This document shows positions 56,401 to 64,000 of a stretch of DNA of 64,000 bases, in pieces (the first letter of the stretch is position 1; each line of letters opens with the position of its first letter). A program made the position numbers and the translations under genes. Origin of the DNA: Callorhinchus milii (lineage: Eukaryota); the NCBI RefSeq assembly GCF_018977255.1, contig NW_024704751.1, positions 11,408,001 to 11,472,000 of the forward strand. Direction: 5' to 3'. Below the pieces are notes generated by a model, which searched no databases, had not been told where the DNA came from, and worked only from the letters and a program-made list of their open reading frames with translations.

Positions 56401-58757
56401 CAGGCGCTGGGTCAAACTCCAGGATTATTATTATTATTATTATTATCTTAAGCAGAGCAGGGAAGAGAAGGGAAAGTTGAAAGTAGTTGCTAATCGTAAA
56501 GGTATAAACATTAAAACCTTTCTGTTTAAAGACATTTCTTTGCTGTTAATATTTGAATTATTTGAATCTTTATTGCGCCGCTGTTTGTCGGCTGCAATGT
56601 CACCGCTGTGTGTTTGTGCGCAGTGTGGTCGGATGATGATTGGCTGAAGAAGTTTGCTGGAAAGACTCTGGAGGAGAACGAGAGTGAGACACAAGGAGGA
56701 GAAGCCACCAACACACAAGCACAGGAGGTGAGGCCGGACAGGTTTAGATATTCTGAGTTCTTTATGTGTTACGTGGTCACCCTCCTACCCCCACCCTCCT
56801 ACCCCCACTCTCCTACTCCCACCCTCCTACCCCCACCCTTCTACGCCCACTCTCCTACCCCCTCAGGCCTTGTAAACATTCCCATTAGTAAATCAGTGTT
56901 GATCGTGTCAAGATTCCTCAAGGAACCGTTTCTCGAATGCCTGTTTAGTTGATATCCTGTGAGTGCTCCGATTGTCGGGAGCTGCGATTTCTTTTAAACG
57001 CTGACGGCATTTGATTTTAGGGAGAATCGCCTAATCTCTCCCACGTCTGTCTCTAGGGAGAGCCTCCCACCAAGAAGGTCCGAGCCAATCCGCAGGTGTA
57101 CATGGACATCAAAATCGGCAACAAACCCGTGGGCAGGTTACGGTTTCTGCTCCGAGCCGATGTGGTGCCAATGACGGCAGGTAAAACAATCCTCGCTACA
57201 GCCATGCCATCGTTCTTAGTCAATGGGCAAACGCTGAAAAAGTACTGATAACATGGCTAAACCCCGGCTGTTCCCTCTTCCCCATTTCCTTTTCTCTCGG
57301 GAGTAAATGTCTGCAGCCCTCTAGATGTGAGGTGATCATTTTTACCGCTGGGCTATGCAGTGTCAAACCTGACAAACCAGCAAACAGAACACTGGAATAC
57401 TGTTGCAGATCCCGCAAAACGTGCTTATTTTTAATTGGTGCCTTTCTTTCTCTCTTCCTTGTGGCTCTTCAGAGAATTTCCGCTGCCTGTGCACACACGA
57501 GAAAGGGTTTGGGTTTAAAGGCTGCAGTTTCCATCGCATCATTCCCCAGTTCATGTGTCAGGGCGGAGACTTCACCAATCACAACGGGACGGGAGGGAAA
57601 TCCATCTATGGCAAGAAATACGATGACGAAAATTTCATCCTGAAACACACAGCGACAGGTACATATATATATCAGTGTCCGGTATCGAGCTGTCTTACCG
57701 TGTACCGAACAGTGGAACCAGAGAACACGTCAGTAGGAACCCGGTTGTTTGTCGATTGACGGATCGCTTTTCCTGGGATAATAATCCCTTCAAAAAAAAT
57801 TATTTGGTCGCTGAATCCACGACTGTTTGTGGGGACACTGTTGCGTCCAATTGGCTGCCGCATTTCGCCCTCAAAATATACAGTCAATTCACTTTACAGG
57901 ATATTCTGTGAAGCGCTTTGAGACGTCAGGAAGATGTGAAAGTACCAAAATTTGGTAAACTAACACATTTGTCATAAAAACAACCTTTGTTCTTGTTGGA
58001 AGGACTTTTCCGCTTTTAACCTCGATATTAGTGAGATTGAAAATCTTTTGATGTTGCGCCTCAGTAAGTGATGTACGTGTTGATTTTGTAGGTTTACTGT
58101 CCATGGCAAACTCTGGGCCAAACACAAATGGCTCTCAGTTTTTTATTACCCTGGATAAGACCGACTGGTTAGATGGGAAACACGTGGTGTTTGGGGAGGT
58201 GATGGAGGGACTCGATGTAATCAAACTAATGGAAGTAAGTAGACATGTGTAAATGTGAATGGTTTGTGTTGTACTGAATGAATTCAGCATTTCCTCAAGT
58301 CTTTTGTACTGTTTAGATTTCTTCTCCCTCTCTTGACACAGTTGTAGACTGTGGGACGCTGCTGTGTGCAATTGGCTGCCGCGTTCCGCCCACAAAATGT
58401 AGTCAATTCGCTTGACAGTCTATTCTGAGAAAGCGCTTTGAGACGTTTCGAAGACGTGATGAGGCGCTAAATCAAATGCAAGGATTATTATTGTAATTAT
58501 TCCGTGAAGCGCTTCGAGGCGTCTCGACGATGTGATAAAGCGCATTATCAAACGAAAGGATTATTATTAAATATGGATTGCAGTTTGAATATAAAGAACT
58601 TAGTTTGCTTGTGACTTTAGTTCGGATTGGCTTTCTCCCCCCTCACCCACTCCTCTCAAATGTGCATAATCCACTTTCTGTTTCCCAGGCTCAAGGAACC
58701 AAGAGTGGGAAACCCAAAGAGAAAGTGATCATCTCCGACTGTGGAGAGTATGAGTGA
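53454..58757 (+). CDS. PPIE: Peptidyl-prolyl cis-trans isomerase E (cyclophilin E / Cyp33), 302 aa
   Basis: 10 GT-AG exons: 53454-53484, 54620-54718, 55283-55326, 55789-55815, 56175-56256, 56624-56727, 57057-57180, 57473-57658, 58092-58234, 58689-58757. N-terminal RRM ([23 protein letters not shown]) plus cyclophilin domain ([53 protein letters not shown]). Confidence 0.97.
53497..53933 (+). repeat. AC/AG-rich minisatellite (GACCCTCACACAC..AGAGAGA)n in PPIE intron 1
   Basis: Direct inspection. Confidence 0.92.
54188..54527. other. Assembly gap in PPIE intron 1
   Basis: N run. Confidence 1.
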
Positions 58758-58850
58758 CTCCAAACAACGTCGTTCCACAAGCCATTTCCTCTCTCACCCC
58801 ATAATCCATAACAACTGGTATGAGTACGATTTTTGTAAATATTTTTGCAA

Positions 58851-58865
58851 AATAAATTTTTTATT
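58851..58865. terminator. PPIE polyA signal with adjacent opposite-strand polyA signal
   Basis: AATAAA(+) at 58851-58856, 94 nt after the PPIE stop; TTTATT at 58860-58865 and 58921-58926. Confidence 0.6.
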
Positions 58866-61800
58866 TAAAAGAAAACTTTGGTAGCTTTCTATCCAGCCAA
58901 TCACATTTCCTCCCCCCACCTTTATTGCTTTTTTATCCTGGTTCGCTGTAAATATTTCAGTAATTCTGCACTTTTCACTGTATAAAAACTAAGATTTTAG
59001 ACAGTAATATATACAGAATAATTGAAATATCTTCCAACTTTCAACTCATGTAATTTGGCGCTTAATAAAAGAAAAACAATGAAGCTACAGGAACATTAGG
59101 AGGGTGTAATATGGAAATATTAGTTTGACTCCATTAAACTGAATATTAAAAACAATTTTAACTAATTTTAAAAATTGTTACTCAGAGATCCATTTTTCCT
59201 TTTGTTTTCTCTTTAAAGGCAAACAGGATGCCAGGCTTTATTGCTAAATCAGTTGAGTCAAATCTCCTCATGTCATACCTGGACTAGAATGCTTAAATCC
59301 TCGGGGAATGATTAACATTTGATGAGCAGACCTTTTGAGATTTTATGTTCAACAAGAAAAAGAAAACACGAGTTTGTTCGATTGTATTTATTGCTTTATT
59401 GGGGTAAATAAAATCTGAACTAACCAAAAATTCAATTAATGAAAATATACAAAAAACTATAAATTGGGTTCTATAACAGTCTACTGTCAAAAGGCACTAA
59501 TCCAGACCATTAACTACAAATTATATACAGGTGGAAGGAAGCATACATATGGACACGGAACAAAGGACGGTATTACACCAGCACAGAATACAAAGAAACT
59601 GAATTCTTACACAACTCCCTTTCCTTTTATTTTCCAGTCACTTTGGGACACGTTACTGATGGGCATTTCTCTTCACTAAATGTGCCGTCATCGCACATTG
59701 CCCGCGTATACCATGATAAATGATCCTCGTTGGCTGTGTAGTGTCTTTTCACTTTACAGTTGTGCAGTTTTGAGTTCAAGTCTCCCACGTTTAGAAGCTC
59801 ACTACTCGAATCCACAAGCCACACTTGTGAAGAGCTTCATCAGTTTCTTGATCTTGTGGATCGAGTCCCCGAAGGAGAAACTGGTAACAGAGCCATCTTT
59901 ACTCCCACCCCCACCCCTACACATCGTCCCCTTAAAAAAAAGTGCACCGCAGAGTGGCAAAGGCATCAGTCAATGAAATCTGTGGTCCGTTCACCTGCGT
60001 TCCCATAATTAAAGGAAGTCAGACCACATGGGGGGGGGGGGGGGGGGAAAGTCATGTAAAAAAAAAGTATCAACATATTACAGTTAGTAAACACAGTGAT
60101 GGCTATTTGATAAATTCCACAATATTACAGACACATTAACAGCTGATAGTTCAGGAGATCAATATTCTCTTGCATATTTTGTACTTGTGTAAATATGGTT
60201 AACTTCTCGTGGGTATAGCAAGGACACAACAATTATCCTTAAAGTGGAAAATAACCCTAAAATGATCCAGTAACGGCAGTAGATATAATTCAACAGAACT
60301 GGTTTCAGTGGGTAACACATTCATTAGTAGTCTTGTTGAATATTTAGTACAAGCAGAAAAGTGTTTTGAAGGAAGGGGTCGCGACGGACAATGTAACTGA
60401 GAGAATTCAGTCTTTCCTGTGACTTTTCTTGCTCTTTGTATCATCTGATTTTTGATTGAGTATAGATAATAAGGCGTCCTGCCTTTTCTTGGAACAAAAC
60501 AAAAGAAACTTGTGCAAATTTGACTTAAATACAGTGCATAAAAAAGTAAAAATGAGTAATCTCAATAACAGTAATGACTTTACAGTGTATTTCAAAAACA
60601 GTTACTTAAAACAAACCAGCAAAGTTACTTGTACTGCATGTCGATTCTAAGCTGTACGGAAAAGGGTTTTGAACACTCTCCTCGCAAACCCTTTAAAAAG
60701 CCAAATCTCTGGAATTTTTTCAATGTAAAAGTCTCTCTTAGAATGTGGTCCAATCCATTCAACAAACAGATCTAAATAGCGTAATGATTATCTCTGTGCT
60801 GTGGGCAGAGAGTAAGCATTCAACCTTGTATTATAAGTACATAAACTGATCTACATTTATACACAAAAAGGATATTGAAGTACAAAAAGTAATTTATTTA
60901 GAAAAGTGCTTTTTTTAAAAAAAATATTTACAGTAATTAGGAATGGATTAGGACAACTTGAAAGAGCTTCGAGGGGAATTTTCATCTCCGTTCTCAGAGA
61001 AGATCAATTCCTTTACTTAGAAGGTATGAGATTTATCACTGATTAGTCTCTTGCGAGCAGGTGAGCGAGAGAAACATCTCAGATAAACAATCAAAGGTGA
61101 AATAGAGGTGAGGGATAACAGAATAATGTGCCTACAAGGATCGCAAACGTTTGGGCTTAAAAATACAACAGATTTACACAGAATAGTGACTCGTCGGGAG
61201 AAGCCTATATTAGTCTGAAAAAAAATCCTCGACACTTAAATAGGAAACGCACGTAAAGTGGGGTACATCGTCCACAGTAAAGCACTCTGTGCCAGATTCA
61301 GCCGAGTGACATTGTACCTTTGTATTCGACCAGCGGGATCAGTAGTGCAATTAGGTTTTTAGTTGGAGTTTCTCCCCCCCCACCCACCCAGCCCCCACCA
61401 GGACCCAATCTCTCCCGAGTTCTGAACGCCACTTTCTGCCTCGACCTAGCGCTTGATAAAATATCCACGTGGCTAATGTACTGTCAGCTCCGACCGCAAA
61501 CAGCCATCTCCATTAGATGGTCCGATACATTGATAAGAGCCCATACATACAATACCGTCCTGACTTCAAACAGATTGTAAGCATTTGATCTTATAATCAG
61601 GGAATGGTGACGATGCTGTGATCATTGGCTCCATCACATCCCACAAATAATCCCATCTCTTACAGTAAACAGAGACTGTGAAGTGTTATGTTTTGGGGAT
61701 GGGAGAGATGAGTAATACAGGATTAGTGACTCACTACACTGGTTGTATTGTAATTAGTTGTTTGGAAAACACATTGCAATATAACTTTCTCCCCCTCCCC

Positions 61801-64000
61801 TGAGTAATGAGTTCAGACCAGATTCCAGAACTGACGAGAGAGACTCCACAAGCCATTTGGATTCTGTCACATCTTTAAGTTGGTTCCCTTCCTGGCAGTG
61901 ATATGGCTTTGATACCACAATTGTATACACTGTTTGTAATCAGTAATCAGTTCTTAAAATAAGCACTTACATTATCTTCAAATATATTGCTTCTGGGATA
62001 TTTCCATTTAACATTTTCCGTTCCCCTATCACATTACATTCAGTATCTGGCATTGTGTGACAGCATAAAGCACTGATATTGATATGTGTGGGGGGAGGGG
62101 GGGGGGGAAGGAAGTAAATCTGTCTCTATTGATTAAGCAGCTAATTTCTAATTGACTTCTACATAGAGTGTGTGATGATGGAAATGTATGAAATGGAAGA
62201 TATTCTAAAACAATGTGGACTTGTGAATGACGGTAGGCATCTTATTTCTTTTTAATTATAATACTGAATTTTCACATCTTCTGTTCATTTCAAGAGAAGT
62301 AATTCTCAGCTCCAAACAGCAATCTCTCTCCCTCGTTAAGGGATCTCACCTTGAGGTAATCTCATTCTGATTACCTCTGATAAGTGGAAGTTAGTCGTTT
62401 CTATGAAATATATTTACAGGTAAATATTTTTAATATTGAACTGATACGATGAGTTGTGCAGGCGTCCCATAGCGTAAACCCACGACAATGATGTAATGGA
62501 AACAAGTGAAGCAGATTTATGCCCTATATTCAGCACCTAGTGTGCATCAATACTGTAAGATGGGATCAACAAAGCAATCAAAACACTTGTTAAAAAGTAG
62601 AAACAGATTCTGCTGAACTCATGGAGCAAATTCAAACCAAAGCGATTCATATCTGTTTGTCTAATTTGGAATAAGAGCACTTGGTAATTATTTTACAAGG
62701 TCACAAGGAGAGAGAACTGGGAGTGGGGGTGAGAAGTCACTCTTTGAACAATTCTCATCGTGTTTCACTGTCCTGTAATTTGTATTGTGGGCGCTGGACG
62801 GTAAAACAACAATAGCCTGGATTTATTCTTACAACAGATGTGAATTACTCTATGCCATTCACCAACCTTTTGTTGTGTGTAGCTATTAGAATATTTGTTG
62901 GAAGGTAATTAACATTATCGTTGACCAAGGGACTATTTCCGGCTGTTTTGTCATCCGATTTGAGGTGAATCTTAACCCTCATTGCACTGCTCTGACTATG
63001 GATTTAATCCCAGTGAGTTGCTGGCGCTTTAATTTGCCAGCCCCCAGTGTTGAAAGCTGCAATGTGGGGCCCAAGGAAGGGAGAGAGAGGAAATGGCATA
63101 ACTCTAACCCTTTCCAAACGAGCTCTTTGTTAGCAGGACATGAATGGTGCCATGGAGACGAAAATAATTCCCCTCTATCTCATCATTTCACCCACAAAAC
63201 CCAAAGTCAATTCATGTTACAGTATATCCTGTGAAGCACTTTGAGACGTCTCAATGACGTGATAAGGCGTTATATCAAATGCAAGGATTATTATTATCTT
63301 TCTGGACATTTGGGACACCAGAGTCCTTGAGGCAAAAGAAACAAAATTGGGTTCGGGGGGGGTGGGGGGACGGACGAAGGAAATGCAATTTCCAAGTGTT
63401 TTATTTGAGAAAAGCTAAAAAAAACTTTGTTAAATAATGCCATTGTTCCTTGAACACTGCAGATTATTCAAGATCTTTAACAGACTAAAAAATACTTGTT
63501 CTACGTCTCCCAGTCAAAGTAAAATGATAAATAAAGTGCATTAAGTTAGCGTTTCTGATTTATTAGTCTGTAGTACAGGAACTCAATGTCACGTCTGAGA
63601 GGTTGGAGAGTGGCAGGTTGGTTCCTTTCAGCAGTGTTATTAAAATATTGATTAAAGATTATTTTTCTTCCTTGTCATTTCCGACTCCTCTCCTAAAGAT
63701 GCTTCTGATTCTTTTTAGCCTACAATTGGGGGTATATTTCCACAGCGGCTGAGCTCCCATTGTCATCATTCCTATGTGAGTCTAGATAGTAAATGCTATT
63801 TGACCTGGGGGGAGATTCACAGCTGAGCTCAATCCTGCCCTCACCTTATGTAAAAGAACACATATATTTTCCCACTAGAATACCAACACAGAACAGACTT
63901 GTGAGAATACAGCGTTCGGGATCCATAACATCTCAACCTGCGATCGTAAGGCAAGACAAGACCGTATCTACATGACAGCTCGTAAAGCCAATATATCTAC

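Overview
Eukaryotic vertebrate genomic DNA, not prokaryotic. The dominant tRNA-derived SINE, the Deu-type SINE remnants and the CR1/L2 tails suggest a cartilaginous fish, probably a holocephalan such as elephant shark (inference). Four spliced protein-coding genes can be rebuilt exon by exon: AK2 (minus, 6 exons, with an apparent 1-nt frameshift at the end of exon 1), a PDIA6-family disulfide isomerase (plus, 13 exons, 448 aa, two CGHC motifs, KDEL, perfect ERSE in the promoter), PABPC4 (plus, 14 coding exons, 635 aa) and PPIE/cyclophilin E (plus, 10 exons, 302 aa). PABPC4 hosts an H/ACA snoRNA resembling SNORA55. The left 7.8 kb holds the promoter and apparently non-coding or uORF exons of a fifth minus-strand gene, tentatively PNRC2, whose CDS would lie outside the window. 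The right 5 kb looks like the 3' UTR of a convergent gene. Most long ORFs in the supplied track are low-complexity artefacts. The best leads are: a PDIA6-like gene in a neighbourhood where mammals have none (possible retained ohnolog), a SNORA55-like RNA with a closed 5' hairpin and an open 3' pocket of unknown target, an (AC)n..(GT)n bracketed PPIE intron with an in-frame duplicated donor, and candidate AK2B-type terminal exons. I found no wholly new biological system. Comparisons to human sequences and repeat consensus sequences are from memory and need database confirmation.
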